From: an uncultured delta proteobacterium
GTDB taxonomy: Bacteria; Myxococcota; Myxococcia; Myxococcales; Anaeromyxobacteraceae
NCBI GenBank assembly: GCA_963828255.1
Contig: CAWHDZ010000027.1
Span: forward strand, 166,526 to 230,525
DNA length: 64,000 nucleotides
Reading direction: 5' to 3'
The notes under the pieces are model-generated. The model did not search any database. It was given only the letters and a program-made list of their open reading frames with translations, and had not been told where the DNA came from. Numbering within the stretch: the first letter of the stretch is position 1; the number at the start of each line of letters is the position of its first letter. Both the position numbers and the translations under genes were made by a program. Positions 1 through 8,241 of this stretch are shown here, piece by piece.

Positions 1-583
1 CCTGGAGGGCGAAGCCGGCCTCCTCGCGCACCTGCTGGAGATCCCCCCACCGGAGCACGAACAGCCCGCCGTTCAGCCGGCTGGGCGCGATCGACCGTTC
101 CCTTGCAAGCGTCTCGACGTCCTCACCGACGAGCGCCCGGGTCCGCACCTCCTCCGCCTCGGCCCGGGTGACGGTCACCACCTCCCGGGCCAGGCCCGCC
201 TCCCCGATCTTCTCGTAGGCCGCCTGCATCTCCTGTTCGGTCGCCTTGGACGGCTCATCGATCTCGCGCTTCACCAGGAGCTCGATCATCTTCCGCTCGC
301 GCAGCTCCCTGAGTTCCTCGCGCAGGGCCGGATCGTCCTGGATCCCCGCTTGACGGGCCTCCTGGAGGAAGAGCTTCCGGTCGATGATGGCGTCCAGCAC
401 CATCCGTACCTCGGTCTCGGCGGCGAGGTACTTCTCGAACGAGCGGTGGCGCCGCCCGAACTCACGCTTGAGGTCCTGACCGGTGATCTCCTCCTCGTTG
501 ACCCTGGCCAGGTATCGAGGAGCGGCGCAGCCGGCGGAGGCGGTGGCGGAGATGAGGACGGCGGCGAGCAGCGAGTGTTTCAT
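1..583 (-). CDS. PpiC/parvulin-type peptidyl-prolyl isomerase lipoprotein (SurA/PrsA-like), 3' end runs off window
   Basis: Manual translation from ATG 583: MKHSLLAAVLISATASAGC (lipobox), ARVNEEEIT SurA-N-like start, LDAIIDRKLFLQEARQAGI, then GEDVETLARERSIAPSRLNGGL rotamase-like motif; open to position 1. Confidence 0.8.
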   Translation of the reverse strand, partial: MKHSLLAAVLISATASAGCAAPRYLARVNEEEITGQDLKREFGRRHRSFEKYLAAETEVRMVLDAIIDRKLFLQEARQAGIQDDPALREELRELRERKMIELLVKREIDEPSKATEQEMQAAYEKIGEAGLAREVVTVTRAEAEEVRTRALVGEDVETLARERSIAPSRLNGGLFVLRWGDLQQVREEAGFALQ

Positions 584-612
584 CGGGGAGTCACTCCAGG
601 CGCACGGGCGCC

Positions 613-1665
613 TCAGTTTGCGCAAAGTTCCTTGACCAGATCCTGCACGACCCGCTCGCCCACCTCGAACTGGCCGGTTAGTGCGCCCAGCAGGAGCAAT
701 CCCTCGTACTGCTGGCCGCGGCGGAGTCGCCGCGCCGACCAGACGAGGCGACCGGTCGTGGCCTTGGTCAGGCTCGCGTGAACCTCGACCCTGGGTGTCT
801 TGCCTGCCACCTGATCGGGGATCTCCTCGTAGGACAATATGTCACCCTGCAGGAAGAGACAGCCCCCGACCCGCGCCTCGAGACGGCTCATCTGGTCCCG
901 GGAAAGCAGACGCGGACTCCAGATCCCCTCGTCGAGGAAGGCGCGCCGCAACTCGGCCGGCTCCACCACCTCGAACTCGGGCCGCTCGCCCAGGGCCCGG
1001 GCGAAGAGGACTTCCACAGCCCGGGCCGCGTCGGGCGCAGGACTGTGGTTGGTGAACGGGAGGAGACAGACGCGCTGTGGCCGGCGCTCGAGGTCGGGCG
1101 CTCCGGCGGCCTTCGGCAATACGCACCGGCCGCCCGGCTGGACCCGGATCGGCCGGGGCCTCTCTGGGTCCGGGAAGCCGGAGAGGATCTCGAGAGCGGC
1201 CTTCCGGGCCAGTTCCCCTGGTGCGGCCGGTACGGGAGGTCCTTGCGTCGACCGACGCTCCGGACCCTTGGCCGCGGTCGCGGTCCAGCCCAGGCTGCCA
1301 TCCGCCTCGACCAGCCGGACTGCGAGCCCCGCTCCCGGTTCCCGCTCGTCGCCCGCGGCGAGGAAGGATCCCATGACCAGTCCCTCGACACCCAGTTCCT
1401 TGGCGAGGTCACCGACCTGCGCGACCGTCATGGAGTCCAGGTAGCGGACCCGGTGCTCTTCCAGGAACGGCTCGATCCGGTCTCCGGTGACGACCTCGTA
1501 GCCCTTTCGGGCTAGTTCGAGCTCCATCGCCGTCATCACGGCGGAGCGGGCGTCCGGGCCCACCTTCCCGTTGAACGGAAGGAGGCCCAGGCGTCGGACG
1601 CCGCCCGCGACGTCGTCCGGGAGAGCCACGAGAATCGCCAGAGTCACCGCTGCCCAGATGCTCAC
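613..1665 (-). CDS. Secreted protein with two CsgG/DUF799(GNA1162)-like alpha/beta domains
   Basis: Signal-like N-terminus; two repeats of the pattern LLPF..N...(Y/F)EVV...LG...G...V.V.L...G.L.W; operonic with paralogous lipoprotein gene. Confidence 0.65.
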   Translation of the reverse strand: MSIWAAVTLAILVALPDDVAGGVRRLGLLPFNGKVGPDARSAVMTAMELELARKGYEVVTGDRIEPFLEEHRVRYLDSMTVAQVGDLAKELGVEGLVMGSFLAAGDEREPGAGLAVRLVEADGSLGWTATAAKGPERRSTQGPPVPAAPGELARKAALEILSGFPDPERPRPIRVQPGGRCVLPKAAGAPDLERRPQRVCLLPFTNHSPAPDAARAVEVLFARALGERPEFEVVEPAELRRAFLDEGIWSPRLLSRDQMSRLEARVGGCLFLQGDILSYEEIPDQVAGKTPRVEVHASLTKATTGRLVWSARRLRRGQQYEGLLLLGALTGQFEVGERVVQDLVKELCAN

Positions 1666-1668
1666 GGG

Positions 1669-2232
1669 TCACCGGACGAGGAGTTCCAGCTCCTCGCGAA
1701 TGAGGGCCTGCGCGACCTCGGCGGCGGTGCGCGACCCCATCCCGAAGAGCCGGCCGCTGACGGTCGAGCCGCTTCCGGACCGGGACGTGGACCAGACCGT
1801 CTTGCCCGACTCCACGTCCAGGAGCCGCAGGTGGAGCGTGACCTGCGCGCCCTGCGAACCGCGCCCCTCCTCGTACTCGACGAGCGTCCCCACGAAGATT
1901 CCCTGCACCTTCAGTTCCTTGCCGATCTTCTGGATGTCCTCCGGGGTGAGCGAGCTTGGTTCCACTCGCTGGGTCCTCATGGCGCGGAGCACCTGGCCCG
2001 GCTCGACCGGATCGAACACCCCCAGGGCGAGGAGTTCGGTCAGGAAGATTCGCTGGACGCGCTCGCCACCGAGCTTGTCCCCTGCCACGTCGTCGAAGGG
2101 CAGGACCGCAACCTCGCGGATGGTCGAGAGGTCGGCGCTGGCGTGGACGAACTGCCTCGAGCTCGAGCAGGCGGAGACCGAGAGCATGAGCGCGCCCAGG
2201 AGCAGTGCACGGAGGGAAGGGAAGTGGTTCAT
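1669..2232 (-). CDS. CsgG/DUF799-like outer-membrane lipoprotein
   Basis: ATG 2232; lipobox LSVSAC; VAVLPF...IGKELKVQGIFVGTLVEY...LRLLDVESGKTVW typical of CsgG/TolB-N-like lipoproteins. Confidence 0.75.
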   Translation of the reverse strand: MNHFPSLRALLLGALMLSVSACSSSRQFVHASADLSTIREVAVLPFDDVAGDKLGGERVQRIFLTELLALGVFDPVEPGQVLRAMRTQRVEPSSLTPEDIQKIGKELKVQGIFVGTLVEYEEGRGSQGAQVTLHLRLLDVESGKTVWSTSRSGSGSTVSGRLFGMGSRTAAEVAQALIREELELLVR

Positions 2233-2263
2233 GTTCGACGCCGCGGGCAAAGAAGTATTGCTA

Positions 2264-4438
2264 TCACAGGTAGAAGGAGAGGGTAACAAGGTACGTCTCC
2301 AGCGCGATGCTCTGCGGACCGGTGCCCCACTGGCGGAAGAGCGTCGCCCCGAGCGCGGCGTGGCGGCTGATGACCCACCTCGGGATCACGCTCAGCCGGC
2401 TCTGCATCGAACTCCCGAGGGGCTGCACGTCCTGCTGGAAGTTCACCGAGAGGGTGAACGCTCCGCTCAGGAAGGGGTTCCAGTACAGCCGGTAGTTCTG
2501 GACCAGTCCGCTGATCGTCTGGCTCACCGTGTAGCCGAGCTGGGCGCTGACGTCGAGCTGGGGGCTGGGCCGCCACCAGATCCTCGCGAAGTAGTTGCTC
2601 TGGAGGAAGGTCGGCGCGATGGGCACTCCCTCGGGGACCAGGTTCTGCCCGGAGATCGTCCGCTGGGCGTTGGCGCCGAGCCAGAGCTCGAGATCACGGA
2701 GGAGCTTGGCGATGGCGTTTCCTCCCGTACTCAGCACCGTCTGCTCCAGCCCGGTCCCGAGGCTGATCGACTTCGACAGGGACCCGAAGACGCCGAAGCT
2801 CAGGACCTCCGGGAGGGGGCGCACACCCGCGGAGACCGTCGCCGACCCGGTCCGGAGCTGGAGGTCCCCGTAGTCCTGGAGGAGGAGCGATCCGCTCAGG
2901 CTGGCCGAGAAGACCAGGCTCGGGTTGTAGGAGAGTCCCAGGGACGCGGTGTCGACCCTGAGCTCCGGGCTGCCTGTCTGGCTCATGTTCTGACGGGAAA
3001 AGGACCCGTTCAGGGTCACGTCGGCCCAGGGGCCCGCGGAGATGCTGGCCACGCCGAAGCCGAGGAGGGATGTCCGTTCGGGCTCGCTGGAACGCTGGGT
3101 CTGCGTGGCGCCAACGCTTCCGGAGAAGCTCAGCGAGAGCTTCGGGGCGATCTGCGCCGTGGCGTTCACCCCTCCCATCTGATTGGAGTTGGTCGACAGG
3201 CGCGTCTGGTCGGGCAAGAAGGTCCGGTGCTCGTAGATCGTCAGCTCGGTCACCAGGGTGGGAAGGACGTTCACGCCGAAGTTGACCACCTTGAAGTAGC
3301 GGTAGCTGCTCGGCTGGAAGGAGATGGACCAGGCGCCGATCCCGGCGTCGTAGAAGAAGGAGGTGATCGGGACCAGGATCCAGCTCACCCCGTCGGTGCT
3401 GACGAAGACCGACCAGCTGATCGGTCCGCCCCACGCGATGAGATTCCCGAGGGCGTCCCGGACGAAGACGCGCATCTCGTCCAGCGTCTCGATGCGCCCC
3501 ATGTCGAGCGCCAGGTTCTGGTTGGAGAGACCGTCGGGCCCGAGCGAGATGCCGGTGCTGGCGGTGAAGTTGCGGTCGATCAGCGCCGGGATCGGGGTCG
3601 AGGGCGTGGTGCTCGTGTCGTTGGGAGTGGAGGTGACGACGTAGTACGCGGACTGCGCCATGATCTCGCGCGGCTCGATCACCGGCGTGGACGACCGGAG
3701 CGTCTCCTCGATGCGGTTGTGGGCCGCGGCGCCGTACACCCCGAAGGAAAGCGCCGAGCCGAACGCGGTCCCGATGTAGTCGACCCGACCGTAGGGCGTG
3801 AGCGTGAGCCGCTCGTATCCGGTGGTCGCGTTCTCGTAGTACTCCATCCCGGGACCTGCCGTGAGGCTGAGCCCTCCCAGCTTGTAGAGGGCGGTGAGGG
3901 TGGCCCGGTACTGGTTGGTCTCGAGCTCCGGCTGGGGCGGCGGCTGGCCCACCCGCTGGCCCACCCACTCCGCCCAGGCCGAGAGGTCGAGCCCGGTGAC
4001 GGGCGTGAGGGTGAGCGCGAGCGCGGCCCGGTGGGACATCGAGTCGCTCGAACCCCCGTCCCGGACCCACCGATCCAGCCACTGGAACTCGTACAGGCCC
4101 TCCGCGACGAAGCCGGGCTGCGTGTAGACGAGCCGGAATCCGGGCTGTGCGGACCTCTGGCCGCTGCGCAAACCCTGGGTGAACACGTTCAGGGTGTCGT
4201 CCAGGTACAGGAACTTGAGCAGGTACTGGATCGGGCTCGTGACCGTGTGGCCGTAGGAGAGAAAGTAGCGCTGGCCGAGGATGTCCGAGGAAAGCGCCGG
4301 GTTCTCGACCCGGTTGTAGGAGAGCTCGGCCAGTCCGCGCCAGTCCCCCTCGCCCCGCGCCTGGGCGGGTCCCGCCACCAGCGCCAACAGGGCCAGGAAC
4401 CAGAGGGCGCGCTTGCAGGTGGTTCTCTGGTCGCGCAC
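2264..4438 (-). CDS. Outer-membrane beta-barrel protein with inserted F5/8 type C (discoidin)-like domain
   Basis: Sec signal (AQA); alternating amphipathic beta-strands rich in Y/W/F/G/S/T; C-terminal YLVTLSFYL; central segment LALDMG...VSTDGVSW...YRYFKV...TELTIY. Confidence 0.7.
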   Translation of the reverse strand: MRDQRTTCKRALWFLALLALVAGPAQARGEGDWRGLAELSYNRVENPALSSDILGQRYFLSYGHTVTSPIQYLLKFLYLDDTLNVFTQGLRSGQRSAQPGFRLVYTQPGFVAEGLYEFQWLDRWVRDGGSSDSMSHRAALALTLTPVTGLDLSAWAEWVGQRVGQPPPQPELETNQYRATLTALYKLGGLSLTAGPGMEYYENATTGYERLTLTPYGRVDYIGTAFGSALSFGVYGAAAHNRIEETLRSSTPVIEPREIMAQSAYYVVTSTPNDTSTTPSTPIPALIDRNFTASTGISLGPDGLSNQNLALDMGRIETLDEMRVFVRDALGNLIAWGGPISWSVFVSTDGVSWILVPITSFFYDAGIGAWSISFQPSSYRYFKVVNFGVNVLPTLVTELTIYEHRTFLPDQTRLSTNSNQMGGVNATAQIAPKLSLSFSGSVGATQTQRSSEPERTSLLGFGVASISAGPWADVTLNGSFSRQNMSQTGSPELRVDTASLGLSYNPSLVFSASLSGSLLLQDYGDLQLRTGSATVSAGVRPLPEVLSFGVFGSLSKSISLGTGLEQTVLSTGGNAIAKLLRDLELWLGANAQRTISGQNLVPEGVPIAPTFLQSNYFARIWWRPSPQLDVSAQLGYTVSQTISGLVQNYRLYWNPFLSGAFTLSVNFQQDVQPLGSSMQSRLSVIPRWVISRHAALGATLFRQWGTGPQSIALETYLVTLSFYL

Positions 4439-4448
4439 AGGGGGAAAC

Positions 4449-5831
4449 CTAGCGGGGGTAGACGAGGCGGTATTCTGAGACGGGCGGGGTCCGGGTATGG
4501 CAGCTCACCGTGCAGCTTCCTCCGCCCACGTCGCGCCGGTAGGAGACGAGCCCGGGTGTCCGGAGCACGAGCAGCGCGGGCTGGGTGGAGCTTCCATGTG
4601 GATCATGGCACGCGTGGCACGAGACCCCGCGGGCGGAGTGCAGGGCGTGCCCGGCGTAGCGGGTCCCCCGCGCGGACGGTCCCGCACCGACGCTCCCGTA
4701 TGCACCCCAGGCGTGGCAGTCGAAGCAGAGGTCCGTTTCCTCCACCCGGCCGGGAGCGGCCGACGCCAGGTAGCGCTTTCGGAGCATGGAGGGAAGGCTC
4801 GAGCCGTGCGGACCCCGGGTCTGGCCCCCGACGGAGCCGTGGCAATCGCTGCACGTGACCAGTCGATCGGCGCGCCAACCCGGTGCGAAGGCGGCCAGGT
4901 CGATGCCGGTGTCGCGGCCCGGGGCCTCGACCGGGTGGTACGACGGGTTGGCGGGGTTGAAGGCGGACGCGACCTGGCTCCGCGCGACCGCGCCCGACGC
5001 CACCGACACCGCCGTGCCTGCAGGCCCGTCGGGCGTCCCCGCGTGGCAGCGGAAGCACACCTCGTACTCCCGGGTCGGGGTGCGGTCCTCCGGGCCAACC
5101 GCTGCGAGCCGGGGAATGGAGCCCGGTGCGCCGTTGACCGGGCGCACACGGCGGACGCCGTCGAGCAGTCCGGAGACGCCACTCATCGAAAGGCTGGGCT
5201 CGCGCCGCGCCAGGTGTGGATTGTGGCAATCGGTGCACCCGGGTCCGGGCATGGCCCCCACCACCTCGACGCCCCCCGGCCTGGGATGGCGGCTCACCTT
5301 GGTGACCTCGGTCGCGATGTCCTGTCCGCCCCCGGCCGCGCGGTGGCAGGCGAGACAGAGGTCGTCGCCGCGGAGGAGGAGCATCCCGGGGATGGGGCCC
5401 TTCGCGTCCTTCGTCCCGTGCGGGTCGTGGCAGTTCACGCAGCGTCCGGCGTCGGCCCGGCGCCGGGCCTTGGGCTTCGGACCCGGCCAGACCACCTGTG
5501 ACGACTCGCCGTGGGTCGACCGGCTCAGGCGCGAGCGCTCGGGAAAGAGCCCCAGCGGCGTCTTGTGGCAGGACAGGCAGAGTCCGTCGTCGTTCGCGGC
5601 GAAGAGCGCCATCGCGTTGGACGGACCGCGCCCGGCCGTGCTCTCCAGGGTTCCGTGGCACTGGAGGCAGGTCCCGGGACGGTACTTCTGGTCGCGGAAG
5701 GCGCCGGAGGTCGGGTTGCCGTGCTTCGAGGTCCTGAACGCATCGAGTTCCGGGTGGGCCGGCCCCGGCACGGCCGCGAGGAGGGCAGCGGTCAGCGGGA
5801 AGAGGAGCCGTCGGGCGAGGAGCGGGGTCAT
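4449..5831 (-). CDS. Multiheme c-type cytochrome (9 CxxCH + 1 Cx3CH), doubled-CXXCH type
   Basis: ATG 5831 overlaps upstream stop (ATGA); signal peptide; CLQCH, CLSCH, CVNCH, CLACH, CTDCH, CFRCH, CSDCH, CFDCH, CHACH, CTVSCH. Confidence 0.9.
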   Translation of the reverse strand: MTPLLARRLLFPLTAALLAAVPGPAHPELDAFRTSKHGNPTSGAFRDQKYRPGTCLQCHGTLESTAGRGPSNAMALFAANDDGLCLSCHKTPLGLFPERSRLSRSTHGESSQVVWPGPKPKARRRADAGRCVNCHDPHGTKDAKGPIPGMLLLRGDDLCLACHRAAGGGQDIATEVTKVSRHPRPGGVEVVGAMPGPGCTDCHNPHLARREPSLSMSGVSGLLDGVRRVRPVNGAPGSIPRLAAVGPEDRTPTREYEVCFRCHAGTPDGPAGTAVSVASGAVARSQVASAFNPANPSYHPVEAPGRDTGIDLAAFAPGWRADRLVTCSDCHGSVGGQTRGPHGSSLPSMLRKRYLASAAPGRVEETDLCFDCHAWGAYGSVGAGPSARGTRYAGHALHSARGVSCHACHDPHGSSTQPALLVLRTPGLVSYRRDVGGGSCTVSCHTRTPPVSEYRLVYPR

Positions 5832-6757
5832 GGCTGGGTGGCCGCGGGCGCCATGTGGCACCGGGCACAGAGGGAGCTCGAATCGGTGGGGTCGGGGTAG
5901 ACGACCCCGTGTGGCATGGCTCCGCCGTGGGCCTTGTGGCAGGAGAGGCAGAAGATCTGGTTGGTGGCGTCGGGGACGGTCTCGACGAGTGGTGTCTGGA
6001 CTCGCGGGCGTGGGAGAGGATTGCCCGATGCGGAGAGGGCATTGGCGGCGTAGTTCACGTAGTACTCGGGGCGGCGCTCGAAGGTGACGTCCACATGGTA
6101 GTGGCTGTACTGGTCGTGGCAGTCCTGGCACCACTGCGTGAAGCCGGACAGGTAGCGCACGTTCGAGGAGGCGTAGACGGTCTCCGGGGAGCCTGCTCCC
6201 GCCAGGACTCGTTCGGTCACGAGTGGCGACGCGGTGCTGCCACGGCCCGACGGGCCGGGGCGGAGGTTCCGGTAATGGCCATTCCCGTGCTGGTCGTGGC
6301 AGCTCAGGCAGCCGAGCGTCATGGCCGACGACGCCAGGTAGGTCGCCGGCGCATCGACCGGTGCGACCCCGATCAGGTGTCCCAGGCCGGCCACGGGCTG
6401 GCCTGCGCTGCTCGACTGGGTGAAGAAGCCGGCCGCGGAGTCGTGGGGAGGCACCGCGCCCTCGACCTGGGCCACACCGGGTGCACCGGAGGCGGGCACC
6501 GGACCGTGACAGTGGAGGCAGAGGGAGTCGGCACTTCCGCTTCTCAGGAGATGGGGGGCAGGCAGGCCGTCCAGGTCGTAGCGCATCGCCTGACCGCCGG
6601 CGCTGTTGTGCATGGTGTGGCAGTCGCTGCACACCAGCCGGTCGTACTGGTGCCAGGTACCTCCGACGAGGAGGGGTGCGGCCAGGACGACCGTCAGGAC
6701 CAGCAGCCACCCGGCCCGGGGCTCGCCTGAAAACCTGGAGGGCACCCTGGGTCGCAC
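5828..6757 (-). CDS. OmcS-like hexaheme cytochrome c (short paralog)
   Basis: GTG with GGAGGAG SD; WH-x6-CSDCHTMHNS, LCLHCH, AAGFF, GHLIG, CLSCHDQHG..YRNL, QWCQDCH, CLSCHKAHG, LCARCH follow the OmcS motif order. Confidence 0.8.
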   Translation of the reverse strand: MRPRVPSRFSGEPRAGWLLVLTVVLAAPLLVGGTWHQYDRLVCSDCHTMHNSAGGQAMRYDLDGLPAPHLLRSGSADSLCLHCHGPVPASGAPGVAQVEGAVPPHDSAAGFFTQSSSAGQPVAGLGHLIGVAPVDAPATYLASSAMTLGCLSCHDQHGNGHYRNLRPGPSGRGSTASPLVTERVLAGAGSPETVYASSNVRYLSGFTQWCQDCHDQYSHYHVDVTFERRPEYYVNYAANALSASGNPLPRPRVQTPLVETVPDATNQIFCLSCHKAHGGAMPHGVVYPDPTDSSSLCARCHMAPAATQP

Positions 6758-6775
6758 ATCTCCTCCAATACCTCA

Positions 6776-6817
6776 AAAATGAAGAAGCGTGGGGAGGGAT
6801 TCTTCCCCTCCCCACGC
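6776..6817 (-). terminator. Intrinsic terminator downstream of the larger OmcS-like gene
   Basis: 12-bp perfect stem GCGTGGGGAGGG/CCCTCCCCACGC followed on minus strand by TTCTTCATTTTT. Confidence 0.8.
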
Positions 6818-6840
6818 CGCTCACTCAACTCGCCAGATTC

Positions 6841-8016
6841 CTACTGGAAGCGGGCGCCCGTGCCGGTCAGGTTGCTGTTGGTGCGGCCCTGGCCGTGGCA
6901 GGTGTTGCAGAGGTTCCGGATGGTGGTGCCGTTGCCCTCTTCCTTGTTCGCGTCGGCATTGTGGATCAGCGTCGGGAGCTGGCCTTCGTTCTGGGAGACG
7001 TAGTTCCCCGGGAGGAACAGGCCGAACGAGTTCTTGTTGCCGTGCCCCTTGTGGCAGGTCATGCAGCCGACGGTCATCTCCGTGTCAACACCGGGGTTGA
7101 CGTTGCCGGCCTCGGTGCCCCACTGCCAGGCGGCGCCGGCGATGTAGGTCACCTTGATGCTGACGTTGGTGGGGACGCTGGTGATCGCGCCGGTGGTCGC
7201 GTTCACGGTGCCCTCACCGGTGAAGAGCTGGCGCCGCGTGAAGGACACCTGGTCGGTCGGGTGGCGCTTGAAGAACGTCGCCGAGGAACCCACGTCGTCG
7301 TGGAAGTTGCCGTGGCACATGCCGCAGAAGGCGGTCATCTTGTTCGTGCCAGAAGCGGCGCCGACGGCCGCCGTGTAGACGATGTTGTTGGCGTTGTACC
7401 CGTCGCCGCCGGTGAAGATGTTGACGTCGAAGCCGAAGTTCGGCGTGGTGCCCGCGTTGATGACGTAGCTCGGCTCGCGGACGACCGCATCGGCGCCGCG
7501 GTCGCGGAGGTTGCGGTAGGTGCTCCGGCCGTGGACGCTGTGGCACCGGTTGCACTCCATGTCCGCCGGGTAGGACGGGTAGACGGTCGGGTTCAGGCCG
7601 GGGGGAAGAGCGGTCGACCCGAGGGAGTGGCCCATGTAGGACCCGTAGCCGCCCTCGTTCGGGACGGCCGTGTAGGTGTCGGCGCTGTTGAGGGCGCCGC
7701 CAGCGCGGGCGAGACCGTTCGTGGAGCCCTGGTTCGTGCCGAAGACGTCGGGAGCGCCGCGGCCACCGTCGTGGCACACCATGCAGGTCCGGTTCACGTC
7801 GGCGGCGAGGAGCAGGAACTCGTGGCCGCCCGTGTCTCCGGAGCCAAAGACGAAGGCGTCGGCCGAGTTCTGGGTGTTCTGGCCGAAGCTGTGCTGGCGG
7901 CTGGCGTGCATCGTGTGGCAGTCGCTGCAGACCAGCGTCGTGTACACGTGGTACTCGCCGGCGAGCGCCGTGGTGGCGAAGGCGGTCATCGCGAGGAACA
8001 GGATCTTCTTCATCAT
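6841..8016 (-). CDS. OmcS-like hexaheme cytochrome c (candidate major nanowire subunit)
   Basis: GGAGGGAG SD; Sec signal MMKKILFLAMTAFATTALA; YH-x6-CSDCHTMH, CMVCH, GHSLG, CNRCHSVHG..YRNL, FCGMCH..RHP, CMTCHKGHG, LCNTCH. Confidence 0.82.
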   Translation of the reverse strand: MMKKILFLAMTAFATTALAGEYHVYTTLVCSDCHTMHASRQHSFGQNTQNSADAFVFGSGDTGGHEFLLLAADVNRTCMVCHDGGRGAPDVFGTNQGSTNGLARAGGALNSADTYTAVPNEGGYGSYMGHSLGSTALPPGLNPTVYPSYPADMECNRCHSVHGRSTYRNLRDRGADAVVREPSYVINAGTTPNFGFDVNIFTGGDGYNANNIVYTAAVGAASGTNKMTAFCGMCHGNFHDDVGSSATFFKRHPTDQVSFTRRQLFTGEGTVNATTGAITSVPTNVSIKVTYIAGAAWQWGTEAGNVNPGVDTEMTVGCMTCHKGHGNKNSFGLFLPGNYVSQNEGQLPTLIHNADANKEEGNGTTIRNLCNTCHGQGRTNSNLTGTGARFQ

Positions 8017-8103
8017 GGGGTGTATCTCCCTCCGTGCTTGGGAACTTCGGTGGTGGCTTCTCGGAACATCCGACCTGAAAGCGGCTGGGCTGGCGTGGCG
8101 TAA

Positions 8104-8120
8104 AGCACGGGGAATGCCAA
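8104..8120 (-). promoter_or_regulatory. Sigma54 (-24/-12) promoter of the OmcS-like gene
   Basis: Minus strand TTGGCATTCCCCGTGCT: GG-N10-GC, close to consensus TGGCAC-N5-TTGCW, ~90 bp upstream of start. Confidence 0.65.
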
Positions 8121-8241
8121 GATGACCCCCTAGATCTTGCGGGGGGTTACCCATATCCCGGGTGGTGGCGTTGGGTCCTTTGCCCCACCCCTGCGCGGGT
8201 TCCCCCACCCAGGTCGGTCCCCGCGGGGGGCCAGGCCGCCG

